Shown: positions 1-9,565 of the stretch, in pieces
Layout of the letters: each line of letters starts with the position of its first letter
How positions within the stretch are numbered: position 1 is the stretch's first letter
Source: Terriglobia bacterium
GTDB lineage: Bacteria > Acidobacteriota > Terriglobia > JAIQFV01
Reading direction: 5' to 3'
Assembly (NCBI GenBank): GCA_020073085.1
Contig: JAIQFV010000009.1
Location: 60,162-124,161, forward strand
DNA: 64,000 nucleotides
Notes under the pieces: model-generated
The model's database searches: none
The model's input: the letters and a program-made list of their open reading frames with translations, nothing else
Told to the model about the DNA's origin: nothing
Made by a program: the position numbers and the translations under genes

Positions 1-1727
1 ATCTCCTTCCCCAGGCGCCGAGGCGGAGTGTCCCTATAATCAATCTCCACTTGATGAGTGCCCGCAGGGAGTTTGAGCACCATGATGCCGAGCCCCTTGT
101 CAGTACTGAGGGCCGCCGGGCGGCCATCCACTGTGGCGGTCCAGCCGGGATAATTGAACGTCCGGATCCTCACCTCATCACTCCGGTCCAACGTGATACG
201 CAGGAGGCGGTGTTCGGGTTTCCATTGCTCGATCGACACGCGACCGTTCCCATGGGCGAGCGTCACACGGCCGAGCGGGGGAAGATCTTCGATGTTCGCG
301 GGCGCGGTGCTCGGGATAATCACATCGTTGAGGTGCTGGGACTCAGGCTCGAATCTCACCGCCCCCCACATGGGCGCTACAACCGTCCGAATACTGAAAG
401 CCGCACTTCCCAGCGTCATCAGGGCCGCAAGGGCGGAAAATGCGATGAGCCTGGATTTGTGCTTTTCACGACGGGCATCGAGAGCGGATTCGATCGCAGC
501 CCCTGCCAGCAGAGCCACCACCAAGGTCGTGATTGTTAGCATCCGCCATGAGAACACGCCGACCTCAATCTCAGGGATTCTGCGGCCGAGAGGAGCCGAA
601 GCCCGTGTCATCATGAAACACGTGAACCCTCCTAACACGGACCACAGCACCACATGCTCCTTAAATCGGGGTGATACACCCTGACCGCGGGTCTTCAGCG
701 CTAGCAACGCAATGGCGGCCGCCCCCATCGCCGCCGTTCCAAAGATCCAAATGTCATCGATCCGCTTGAAAAACTCGGGATTGTCCTTCGTGTATTCTGC
801 GCGGGCAAACACATAGGTCTCGTGGTAAGGCCAATCCTGCTCAATGATCTCGTGGCGGATGAGATTCTGTTCCACGGCGGCTGGGTACAGGTAGGCCGCC
901 GACAAGCCAAGGGCGAGGGTCATTCCACCTGCAACATACAATGCCCCTTTCAGGTCCCGGTGATGAATCATCAGGATGAGCACCAACAAGCCAAGCGCCA
1001 GCGTGAACTGAAATGCGGTCGGCGGGTGAGTCCACAGAAAGGCGCCATAACTCAAGGCCAGTCCCATCACGTTGAGCAAAACTTTCCTCGCCTGCGTGGA
1101 TTTCCCCTCACCTGCAACACGCTGCGGGAGCTCCTCCAAAGCTCCTTCTTGATCCCGCGCCGTTCCCTTCCCTTCCCTGAATAACCGTTCGGTGAAAAGC
1201 AGAACCAGGGGCATCCAAACGAAGGCCAGCAGTTCGGCTATCGCGCCTCGCTGATACTGGTCCAAAAGATAGTAGGGGAAGAAGGCGTAAGCAGCCATGG
1301 CGACGCAGGCCGCGGGGCGCGACATCAGCCGGTGCGCGTAAACATAGAGGGCGCCAGCGGAGCAGACCCTGATCAGGAGCTGCACCGTTAGAATCACCCA
1401 GATCCAGTTGCGAAGAAAGGGGTAGAAGACTGATGTGAGATAGTAGATTCCGGGAGGGTAAAAACTCGTGGTGGGCGCTCCATACCCCTGATTCGTATCC
1501 TCCTCCCACCGGGGATAAGACTCACCGGCTGCAAGGCCGGCATAAAACGATTTCATCTGGTCAAGGTGCAACCCCAGGTCATGGGTGTCCGGCATCCGGA
1601 GGCTCCAAATGCTATCGCCTGGATCCCTCTCCCCCAAAAAGTAAAAAGGCATCACGGCCACTAATGACAGTCCGAGGCACAGGAGCAAGACTCCCCATCG
1701 CGTGCCACGCTCGCCTACTTCATTCAT
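1..1727 (-). CDS. Polytopic integral membrane protein, possibly a YfhO or membrane glycosyltransferase-like protein. The C-terminus runs off the window edge.
   Basis: By-eye reverse-complement translation from the ATG at 1727 gives more than 570 codons without a stop (MNEVGERGTRWGVLLLCLGL..., with many hydrophobic helices). It is missing from the ORF track, probably because no stop codon lies inside the window. The plus-strand ORFs at 51-684 are shadow frames. Confidence 0.5.
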   Translation of the reverse strand, partial: MNEVGERGTRWGVLLLCLGLSLVAVMPFYFLGERDPGDSIWSLRMPDTHDLGLHLDQMKSFYAGLAAGESYPRWEEDTNQGYGAPTTSFYPPGIYYLTSVFYPFLRNWIWVILTVQLLIRVCSAGALYVYAHRLMSRPAACVAMAAYAFFPYYLLDQYQRGAIAELLAFVWMPLVLLFTERLFREGKGTARDQEGALEELPQRVAGEGKSTQARKVLLNVMGLALSYGAFLWTHPPTAFQFTLALGLLVLILMIHHRDLKGALYVAGGMTLALGLSAAYLYPAAVEQNLIRHEIIEQDWPYHETYVFARAEYTKDNPEFFKRIDDIWIFGTAAMGAAAIALLALKTRGQGVSPRFKEHVVLWSVLGGFTCFMMTRASAPLGRRIPEIEVGVFSWRMLTITTLVVALLAGAAIESALDARREKHKSRLIAFSALAALMTLGSAAFSIRTVVAPMWGAVRFEPESQHLNDVIIPSTAPANIEDLPPLGRVTLAHGNGRVSIEQWKPEHRLLRITLDRSDEVRIRTFNYPGWTATVDGRPAALSTDKGLGIMVLKLPAGTHQVEIDYRDTPPRRLGKE

Positions 1728-2527
1728 CTTTCGCACTCAAGGACTGGATTTGACTCTGTCTCAAAGACCGCCGCTTTCAGTCCGGACAGAGGTGGAATGA
1801 GAATACGAAATCACCACACAGATGCACAACGGGAAATCGCGAGATCAGCACGAATATTGGGGATCCCATTTGTGCACGGAAAATTTCGACTTCCTCTCCC
1901 AAGGGGGATTGAGGACATCGATTCGGGAAGGCACCGACTCCACATCCCGATTCGCCATCTTACCAAGCTTCTGAAATACCTTGAGGAATTACTCCAGAGA
2001 ATTTGAAGATCAGAGATCAAATTCTTCGACATGAGAGACGATATTAACTGCTCAAAAAAGATCGCGCATTCGTCGACAAACACTTCCACCTGATGGGCCA
2101 TGGAAGTGGGAAGCGTCGAAGCACGAAGCTAGCCTTACCTTCTTGGACGGGCAAATCGAGTGGGGTTGGCCCTCGAACAGTCTGCTTCCGCCGAGGTCAG
2201 AAATGCCTTTACGAATCTGAGACGAACAATCCCGGAATCGGACATAATGAGCCCGGCATTCAACACAGAAGTTGCCTTATGTCATTCAAAATAGATTGCC
2301 ACACTTACCGTCATCCGTGGCGTGGTAATTGCGGCAGCAAGGATGACCCTTCTGGATCGGTGCCGGGCTGTTGCCGACCGAGTTTAGATCAGTGGAGGCA
2401 CAAAACATTTCTGAAAGCCTCATTCTCACTATTGCGTGTCTCATAGGATCTCGGGCAGACTGGGCGAACGATTGTTGCCGTCTGTTCCCTGAGACTGCCG
2501 ACTGACAGTTTTCTTCTGGCGACTTAC

Positions 2528-4900
2528 ATGGGAACTCTGTTCCAAGACCTCCGTTACGGGCTTCGAATGTTTTCCAAGAATCGGGGCTTCACCCTTGTGG
2601 CGGTCTTCACCCTGGCGCTGGGCATCGGCGCTAACACAGCGATCTTCAGCGTGGTGAACGCCGTGCTCTTGCGTCGGTTGCCATATCCGGACCCTGACAG
2701 AATCGTCACCATCAACGACCTGGGTTACCTGGACCGTCTCTCAGCATCCAATTCCGATCATTTGAGTTGGAAGGACCACGTTCAGTCGTTTGAAAGTGTG
2801 GCATCGTATCAAGTCGGCGAAGTGAACCTGACGGGAGGGGACGAGCCGGAACGAGTGCTGACTGCGCAGGTGACGCGCGATTTCTTTCGTGTCCTCGGGG
2901 TGAGGGCCTCCCTGGGCCGGGATTTTTCTTCCGAACCCACCGGCGGCGCGCCGGACATCGTGCTCAGCGATGGATTGTGGCGACGCCAATATGGAGCGGA
3001 CCCCAATCTTATCGGGAAGTCGGTGATACTCAATGCCAGGGTAGTCACGGTGCGGGGTATCATGCCGCCGCGGGTAGAGTTCCCAGAAGGAGTCAATGCC
3101 TGGGTCCTCCCCGGAACGGGCAACGACACGATCATCCGACAAGTCATACTCCCTCGCCCGATTGCCCGGCTCAAACGAACGTTGTCTCTGGCCCAGGCGC
3201 AAGCTGAAATGGACGCGATCACAGCACGGGCACAGGCCGACGATCCGAGCCTAAAGACCAAGTCTGGAACCCTGCTGACCCCCTTGCAGGTCAGCTTGGC
3301 GCGCGGCAGTCGGACTGCGCTGCTCGTTTTGTTGGGAGCAGTCGGATTTGTGCTGTTGATCGCTTGTGCCAACCTCGCCAATCTACTGCTTGCCCGTGGG
3401 GCCCAACGAACCCGGGAGTTTGCCATTCGAATTGCCCTCGGCGCCAGCCGCCTTCAGTTGATCAGGCAATTGCTCACGGAGAGCGTTTTGCTTTCTCTGG
3501 CAGGGGGAGTACTGGGTGTGTTCATGGCGGAGTGGGGCGTCACTCTCATGCTGTCGTTCCTTCCCATCGACCTGCCCAGGATAAATCCTATTGAGATCGA
3601 TGGCTGGGTGCTGGGGGCAACGGCGTTGCTCGCGGTGGCGGTCGGGCTCTTATTCGGGCTGGCTCCATCGATCATTGCCTCCAAGCCTGACCTCACTCAA
3701 TGTCTGAAGGAAGGCTCACAATCCCCCGCAAGCCGCCCGCGTCGGCGGCTCCAGGGCGCCCTTCTGGTCTCTGAGGTGGGGCTGGCATTCGTTCTGCTGA
3801 TCGGGGCGGGGCTGATGATCCGGACCATGCTGCGTCTGCTCGGGGTCGATCCGGGTTTTCAGGCAAGACGGGTTCTGACGCTGGACATTTCACTGCCTAC
3901 TTCGAAATATATCCACCCCTCTCAGATCAGTTCTTATTACAAGCAAGTGCTCATCCGGATTGAAGCCCTGCCCGCAGTACTCTCTGCTGGGGCGGTGACC
4001 CATCTCCCTCTGGCCGGCGGCGATGACGCTCTCTTTCCAATCCGCCCGGAAGGACGTTCCGGACCGATCGAAGCTTATGCCCCCTATCGCACTGTGACTC
4101 CGGCTTATTTTTCAACCTTGGAAATTCCACTGCTGCGAGGCCGTTTCTTCAGCGCCCAGGATGCTCAAAGCGAAACGAAGCGCGCGATCGTGAACGATGC
4201 CCTGGCACGCCGCTTATGGCCGGGCGAGGATCCGATTGGAAAACATATTAAACTCATTGACGAATACGAAGTTGTCGGAGAGGTCGGGGCGGTCAGAGAT
4301 TACGACCTTCAAGATTCCGGGGGGCCATTGTTGTATGTCTCAATGCAGCAAAGCCCGTCACCTGCGATGAGCCTTGTCATTCGGACTTCAGGTGATCCTA
4401 CCCCACTGATTTCGACCATCCGGGGCCAAGTTTTGGCAGTCGATAAGGATCAGCCCGTGTCGAAAATCACGACGATGGATCGTGTCATTCTCAACTCCAT
4501 CTCGTCGCAGCGATCACACATGCTTTTGTTGACCTTTTTTGCGGCGCTGGCCCTTGTCCTCGCAGCCGTGGGTGTCTATGGGCTCGTTGCCTACCAGGTG
4601 GCGCAGCGCACCCATGAACTTGGCGTTCGTCGGGCGCTCGGCGCGCTGCCAGGGGATGTGCTATGGCTCGTGGTCCGCGAAGGGGTGACGCGGGTGGCGA
4701 TAGGAGTCCTCCTTGGCTTCGCTGTCGCGCTGGGTCTGAGCCGCGTCATCGCCAATTTCTTGTTTGGGGTGACGCCGACCGATCCTCTGACCTTCATCTT
4801 CGTCTCCCTCGTGCTGATTGCGGCGGCGCTCGTCGCCTGCTACGTCCCGGCTCACCGGGCGACGAAGGTCGATCCGGCGATGGCGCTGAGGTACGAGTAG
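2528..4900 (+). CDS. ABC transporter permease with a duplicated FtsX domain, MacB-like (ADOP family)
   Basis: 790 aa. The N-terminus reads [20 protein letters not shown] followed by a TM helix. There are two FtsX 4-TM blocks ([14 protein letters not shown]... and [20 protein letters not shown]...) and the C-terminus ends [16 protein letters not shown]. Confidence 0.85.
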   Translation: MGTLFQDLRYGLRMFSKNRGFTLVAVFTLALGIGANTAIFSVVNAVLLRRLPYPDPDRIVTINDLGYLDRLSASNSDHLSWKDHVQSFESVASYQVGEVNLTGGDEPERVLTAQVTRDFFRVLGVRASLGRDFSSEPTGGAPDIVLSDGLWRRQYGADPNLIGKSVILNARVVTVRGIMPPRVEFPEGVNAWVLPGTGNDTIIRQVILPRPIARLKRTLSLAQAQAEMDAITARAQADDPSLKTKSGTLLTPLQVSLARGSRTALLVLLGAVGFVLLIACANLANLLLARGAQRTREFAIRIALGASRLQLIRQLLTESVLLSLAGGVLGVFMAEWGVTLMLSFLPIDLPRINPIEIDGWVLGATALLAVAVGLLFGLAPSIIASKPDLTQCLKEGSQSPASRPRRRLQGALLVSEVGLAFVLLIGAGLMIRTMLRLLGVDPGFQARRVLTLDISLPTSKYIHPSQISSYYKQVLIRIEALPAVLSAGAVTHLPLAGGDDALFPIRPEGRSGPIEAYAPYRTVTPAYFSTLEIPLLRGRFFSAQDAQSETKRAIVNDALARRLWPGEDPIGKHIKLIDEYEVVGEVGAVRDYDLQDSGGPLLYVSMQQSPSPAMSLVIRTSGDPTPLISTIRGQVLAVDKDQPVSKITTMDRVILNSISSQRSHMLLLTFFAALALVLAAVGVYGLVAYQVAQRTHELGVRRALGALPGDVLWLVVREGVTRVAIGVLLGFAVALGLSRVIANFLFGVTPTDPLTFIFVSLVLIAAALVACYVPAHRATKVDPAMALRYE

Positions 4901-5160
4901 GGGTGGCGCAGACGGCTCGTCTGCAAAGGGCTGAGTTGACGGTGGCAGACGAGGACGTCTGCCCCACGAGGGTCGTTCTCGTGGTAACATTGCAGTCCGG
5001 ACGAGCGCCGGATAACAGCAAATCAGACTTGCGGAGGTGAAGGATATATGGTCAAAGCAATTGTTCTACTGATTGTCGTCCTCATCCTCCTGAAATTCGT
5101 ATCGGTATAACCATTTTCCAGTCTCGACATTTTTGAATCGATCAAGGGACTTCACCCGTC

Positions 5161-5964
5161 ATGAGATGCAACGGTAAGAATGCATGCAGATTCCGATTCC
5201 ATCTTCTCCTGCTGATCGCAGCCTTTTCGGTCTCTTGTGGACTCTTTTCGCAGGATAGCGGGCCAAAGCGAGATGAGTGGCAACACCCGCAAGTGGTGAT
5301 GGATGCGCTGCACATTGATCCCGGGAAAATTGTCGCCGACGTCGGGGCCGGAGAAGGGTATTTCACGTTTCATCTGGCAGAGCGCGTCGGGCCCCGGGGC
5401 AAGGTCTATGCGGAGGATATTAGGAACGATGACGTGGAGGAGATCCGTCGGCTGGCTGAGGAAAAGCACCTCACCCAGATTGAAGCCCTGCACGGTGAAC
5501 CGGGCGATCCCAAATTACCCGAAAACTCGTTGGACGTTGTCCTTGTTATGAACTCCTACCACGAATTTCGATCCTACGATGCCATGCTGCAAGCCATCTT
5601 CAAGGCGCTGAAGCCGGACGGACTGCTCGCAATCATCGACTCCCCCACCCCTCCAGGTAGTTCCCGCTCCGACTATTACCCCCGACACCGTATTCCCGAG
5701 GAATTGGTCCGAGAAGACGTCGCCCACGCCGGGTTTCAATTTCTCCGCAAGGAGCCGGGCTTCACAAATCCGGCGAACAAAAAGGATTTCTATTTCTTGA
5801 TTTTCGAGAAACCCAAGCAACGTGCGGGAATTGCGGATTTCGAAATTCGGATTGCGGAGACTCAGGCACTTCCAATGCTTCTATTCCAGAATCCGAAATC
5901 CGCAATCCACAATGGTGAATGTAGTCACGACTTCAGTCGTTACTCCAGGGTTAGTAACGACTGA
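5161..5964 (+). CDS. Class I SAM-dependent methyltransferase with an N-terminal signal peptide
   Basis: It has the VADVGAGEGYFTFHLAERVGPRGKVYAEDI SAM-binding motif I followed by LKPDGLLAII. The hydrophobic N-terminus is likely a signal peptide. The 3' end runs into the repeat R1 and the hairpin region, so the true C-terminus is uncertain. Confidence 0.65.
   Translation: MRCNGKNACRFRFHLLLLIAAFSVSCGLFSQDSGPKRDEWQHPQVVMDALHIDPGKIVADVGAGEGYFTFHLAERVGPRGKVYAEDIRNDDVEEIRRLAEEKHLTQIEALHGEPGDPKLPENSLDVVLVMNSYHEFRSYDAMLQAIFKALKPDGLLAIIDSPTPPGSSRSDYYPRHRIPEELVREDVAHAGFQFLRKEPGFTNPANKKDFYFLIFEKPKQRAGIADFEIRIAETQALPMLLFQNPKSAIHNGECSHDFSRYSRVSND
5827..5912. repeat. Heptad-armed palindromic element, R class (GGATTGC/GGATTTC arms)
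   Basis: The left arm is attgcggatttcgaaattcggattgcgg and the right arm is ccgaaatccgcaatccacaat. The same arm sequence recurs at 12013-12112. Confidence 0.6.
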
Positions 5965-5980
5965 AGTCGTTACTACGGGA
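5925..5980. terminator. Near-perfect 24-bp stem-loop between convergent genes; candidate bidirectional terminator
   Basis: The sequence gtagtcacgacttcagtcgttact..agtaacgactgaagtcgttactac forms the stem. It lies between the + methyltransferase and the - qor gene. It has no strong U-tract. Confidence 0.4.
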
Positions 5981-5981
5981 A

Positions 5982-6950
5982 TTAGGGGAGAAGCAACACC
6001 TTCCCCGTCGTCTTTCTCGCTTCGAGCTCACGGTGTGCATCCGCTGCGTCTTTCAACGCATAGGTTGCACCTATCCTCAATTTCAATTCCCCGGATTCCA
6101 CCCAGCGCAGCACCTCGCCGGCACGCCATAACAATTCTTCCCGGGTTGCCGCGTAATTCGCGAGGCTGGGCCGGGTCATGAAGAGTGATCCCCCCTTTGC
6201 AAGCAAGGAAGGATCAAACGCCGGAACGGGTCCGCTGGATTGACCGTACAGGGCCAACATCCCTCGCGGAGCAAGACAATTCAGGCTTTTCAAATACGTG
6301 TCTTTCCCCACCGAATCATAGGTGACCTGCACACCGCGACCATCCGTCAGACGTTTCACCTCTTGCTCAAAATCCCGTTGGGTGTAAAGGATCACCTCAT
6401 CCGCCCCCGCTTCGCGGGCGAGCTGGGCTTTGGCTTCGGTGGAGACGGTTCCAATCGCCCTGGCGCCGATTCGACTGGCCCGCTGAATAAGCAGGAGTCC
6501 AACTCCCCCGGCGGCGGCATGGATCAGGGCGGTGTCTCCCTTCTTCAACGGGTAGGTCGAGGTGGTAAGGTAATGCGCCGTCATCCCCTGTAACATGGCT
6601 GCGGCCCCCTGTTGAGCATCGATTCTCTCCGGGAGTTTGACGAGCCGCCCTGCCGGCACCAGGGCGTACTCGGCGTATGAGCCCGAGGTCATCGCGTACG
6701 CCACGCGGTCACCCACGGCCACTTCGGACACGCCGGGTCCCAACGCCTCCACTCGCCCGGAAGCCTCCATTCCAATCACTGTTGGAAGAGTCAATGGGTA
6801 GAGACCCATCCGATGGTAAACGTCAATGAAGTTCACTCCAATCGCTTCGGTTTTTACGAGAGCCTCTCCCGCCTTCGGGCTCGGCGTGGGCACCTCTTCA
6901 TACTTTAAAACTTCAGGTCCACCGTTGTTGCGGACGAGAATAGCTTTCAT
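5982..6950 (-). CDS. qor: NADPH:quinone oxidoreductase (zinc-independent MDR family)
   Basis: 322 aa. Begins MKAILVRNNGGPEVLKYEEVPTPSP.GEALVKTEAIGVNFIDVYHRMGLYP. Contains the AAGGVG nucleotide-binding motif. Confidence 0.85.
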   Translation of the reverse strand: MKAILVRNNGGPEVLKYEEVPTPSPKAGEALVKTEAIGVNFIDVYHRMGLYPLTLPTVIGMEASGRVEALGPGVSEVAVGDRVAYAMTSGSYAEYALVPAGRLVKLPERIDAQQGAAAMLQGMTAHYLTTSTYPLKKGDTALIHAAAGGVGLLLIQRASRIGARAIGTVSTEAKAQLAREAGADEVILYTQRDFEQEVKRLTDGRGVQVTYDSVGKDTYLKSLNCLAPRGMLALYGQSSGPVPAFDPSLLAKGGSLFMTRPSLANYAATREELLWRAGEVLRWVESGELKLRIGATYALKDAADAHRELEARKTTGKVLLLP

Positions 6951-7267
6951 ACTGGGTTCTGACCTCCCTTTTCAAAGAATATATGGTGTCTATTCCCGTG
7001 GAGAGCCAATGATATCCACTGGCGTCCGGATTATGCAAATTGATTCTGTGATTTGAGCTCAAGTCTTTCAAGGCAAGTTATCCATCAGTATGCCGTGAAG
7101 TGACAATGTGAGGGTGTCCGGTTTTGCGACAAAACAATCCCATTAGCGGGCAAGTGGAGAGGGTCGTCGGATTATCAGAAGAAGCGCTAAACAGTGTAGT
7201 TACAATTAGATATAAAGAAAGCGCTACTCGGCATTAAAGTTGCCCATAATGGATGTGGAGGAGACCC

Positions 7268-8521
7268 ATGGACATACCAAGGAAGTCGGCAGCACGGCAG
7301 CGGCTGATCAAGCGGATTATTTACATTACCCTCGCCATTATACTTATCTCGGCGACGACTGTGGTTTTGTCGCGTTTGAAGCCTGCTGCGCCAACTGTTG
7401 AACGCGCGACTGTCTGGATTGATACAGTGAAACGGGGGCCCATGTTGCGCCAGGTTCGAGGTCTGGGAACGCTCGTCCCAGAGGAGATCCGCTGGATCCC
7501 CGCCAGCACCGAAGGCAGGGTGGAGCGGCGACTGGTCGAACCCGGGACTGCGGTCAAACCCAGCACGGTGCTTTTGGAACTCAGCAATCCCAGCCTCGAT
7601 CAAGCCGCACTCGATGCCGAAATGCAGGCCAAAGGTGCCGAGGCGCGGTTGGCTGACTTACGGGTGACCCTCCAGAGCCAGTTGCTGACCCAGAAGGCGG
7701 GGGCCGCCCAAGTGGAGGCCGACTACAAGCAGGCGCAATTGAGGGCTGACACCGACGCCGAGCTGGCGCGGCAAGGGCTGACCGCCGATTTGAACCGCCA
7801 GTTGTCGGCGCTGGCCGCGGATCAACTCGCGAACCGCAATCGTATTGAAAAGGAGCGATTGGCCATCAGCGGCGAATCAATCAAGGCCCAGATAGCTGTC
7901 CAGCAAGCTGAGGTGGACCGGTTGCGCGCCCTGGCCGGCTTGAAACGCCAACAAGTCGATCAGTTGCATGTGCGAGCCGGCCTGGACGGCGTGTTGCAAC
8001 AAGTTCCCGTGGAAATCGGACAGCAGGTAACTGCGGGGACAAACCTCGCGCGCGTGGCAGAACCCCGGAAATTGAAAGCGGAGTTGAAGATTGCGGAAAC
8101 ACAGGCCAAGGATGTGCAAGTCGGGCAATTGGCATCGATCGATACGCGTAATGGCATCATTTCCGGTCACGTCATACGGATTGATCCGGCGGTTGTGGCG
8201 GGAACGGTGACGGTGGATGTGAAACTGGAAGGAGCTCTGCCCGATGGAGCGCGGCCGGATTTGAGCGTGGAAGGGACGATTGAGCTCGAACGGCTTGCGG
8301 AGGTCCTCTATGTCGGCCGGCCCGTACAGGGACAAGCCTTCAGCACGGTGGGACTTTTCAAGCTGGTTGAAGATGGCAAGGAAGCGATTCGCGTACCGGT
8401 CAAGCTGGGACGCAGTTCGGTCAACACGATCGAAATCGTTGAGGGGTTGCAAGTAGGTGACTCGGTGATTCTCTCCGACATGTCCGCCCAGGACCGGTCG
8501 GACCGGATCCGCTTGAATTGA
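7268..8521 (+). CDS. HlyD/MacA-family periplasmic adaptor (membrane fusion protein)
   Basis: It has an N-terminal TM anchor and a long coiled-coil region (AEMQAKGAEARLADLRVTLQSQLL...), followed by a beta-barrel C-terminus. A GGAGGA SD precedes the ATG at 7268. The first gene of a putative three-gene operon (adaptor, ATPase, permease; 7268-12013). Confidence 0.8.
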   Translation: MDIPRKSAARQRLIKRIIYITLAIILISATTVVLSRLKPAAPTVERATVWIDTVKRGPMLRQVRGLGTLVPEEIRWIPASTEGRVERRLVEPGTAVKPSTVLLELSNPSLDQAALDAEMQAKGAEARLADLRVTLQSQLLTQKAGAAQVEADYKQAQLRADTDAELARQGLTADLNRQLSALAADQLANRNRIEKERLAISGESIKAQIAVQQAEVDRLRALAGLKRQQVDQLHVRAGLDGVLQQVPVEIGQQVTAGTNLARVAEPRKLKAELKIAETQAKDVQVGQLASIDTRNGIISGHVIRIDPAVVAGTVTVDVKLEGALPDGARPDLSVEGTIELERLAEVLYVGRPVQGQAFSTVGLFKLVEDGKEAIRVPVKLGRSSVNTIEIVEGLQVGDSVILSDMSAQDRSDRIRLN

Positions 8522-8528
8522 AGATGCG

Positions 8529-8627
8529 GTTGTCAGTTCTCAGTTGCCAGTGAAAGGCAAATTGCTATCAGCTCTTTACTGACAACTGGGAACCGGTCAC
8601 TGGCAACTGCTTTCGGCAACTGAGAAC
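8529..8627. repeat. Heptad-armed palindromic element, Q class (CAGTTGC/CAGTTCT arms)
   Basis: The arms are gttgtcagttctcagttgccag ... ctggcaactg..caactgagaac. It occupies the intergenic gap immediately upstream of the ATPase start. Confidence 0.6.
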
Positions 8628-8646
8628 TTCTTCCTGAGGAGAATAC

Positions 8647-9351
8647 ATGATCGCCAACAACGTTTTGATTAAGCTGGAAGGTGTCACAAAAGTATTCTTC
8701 ACCGACGAGGTGGAAACGCATGCCTTGTCGGGGATCCATCTCGACATCCATTCGGGCGAGTACGTTGCGATTGCCGGCCCGTCGGGGTGTGGCAAGTCCA
8801 CTTTGCTGTCGATCCTGGGGCTGCTCGACACTCCCACGGAAGGTCATTACACCTTGAACGCCACGCCGGTCGAAGCACTGAAGCCTTCGGAGCGGGCCCG
8901 CATCCGCAACCAGGAAGTGGGTTTCATTTTCCAGAGTTTCAATCTGATTGGCGACCTGACCGTGTACGAAAACGTGGAATTGCCGCTGACTTATCGGGGA
9001 ATGCGGGCCGTGGAGCGGCGGGAACGCGCAAAGGAAGCACTCGAGAAGGTGGGGATGGGTCACCGGTCCAAGCACCTGCCGAGCCAGTTGTCGGGTGGGC
9101 AACAGCAACGCGTCGCTGTGGCGCGCGCGTTGGTGGGTCGTCCCTCCATCCTGCTGGCGGACGAACCGACCGGAAACCTGGATTCGAAGAACGGCGAAGC
9201 CGTCATGGAACTATTGCGGCAACTGCACCGGGACGGGGCGACGATCTGCATGGTGACACACGACGCGCGCTTTGCCGCCCATGCCGACCGCTCCGTACAC
9301 CTGTTTGACGGCCGCGTGGTGGAAGAAAGCATGGAAGCCGAATCAGTTTGA
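8647..9351 (+). CDS. ABC transporter ATP-binding protein, MacB/LolD type
   Basis: Contains a Walker A ([15 protein letters not shown]), the signature [15 protein letters not shown] and a Walker B ([12 protein letters not shown]). Confidence 0.9.
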   Translation: MIANNVLIKLEGVTKVFFTDEVETHALSGIHLDIHSGEYVAIAGPSGCGKSTLLSILGLLDTPTEGHYTLNATPVEALKPSERARIRNQEVGFIFQSFNLIGDLTVYENVELPLTYRGMRAVERRERAKEALEKVGMGHRSKHLPSQLSGGQQQRVAVARALVGRPSILLADEPTGNLDSKNGEAVMELLRQLHRDGATICMVTHDARFAAHADRSVHLFDGRVVEESMEAESV

Positions 9352-9361
9352 ATTGCAGAAT

Positions 9362-9540
9362 TCAGTTCTCAGTTCTCAGAATTAAATTCTCAGTTGCCAG
9401 TAAGAACCTTTAGCCCGGAAGAATGACCCTGACAGATGCAAACAGAGAAGATGTTTTAAAGTGCATCCTTCGTTTCAAGACATAGAGTCGGCCGACAGCT
9501 AACAAGGGTTTACTGGCAACTGAGAACTGACAACTGACTG
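9362..9540. repeat. Heptad-armed palindromic element, Q class
   Basis: The arms are cagttctcagttctcag..ctcagttgccag ... ctggcaactgagaactgacaactg. Confidence 0.6.
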
Positions 9541-9565
9541 CAGACCACTTCTCGAGGCAAGCCCG

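Noticed and set aside
51-1509. Plus-strand ORFs 51-539, 154-684 and 822-1184, and minus-strand ORF 1108-1509
   Set aside because: They are shadow frames of the long minus-strand membrane-protein gene, which has no stop from 1727 to the window start. They have no domain-like sequence.
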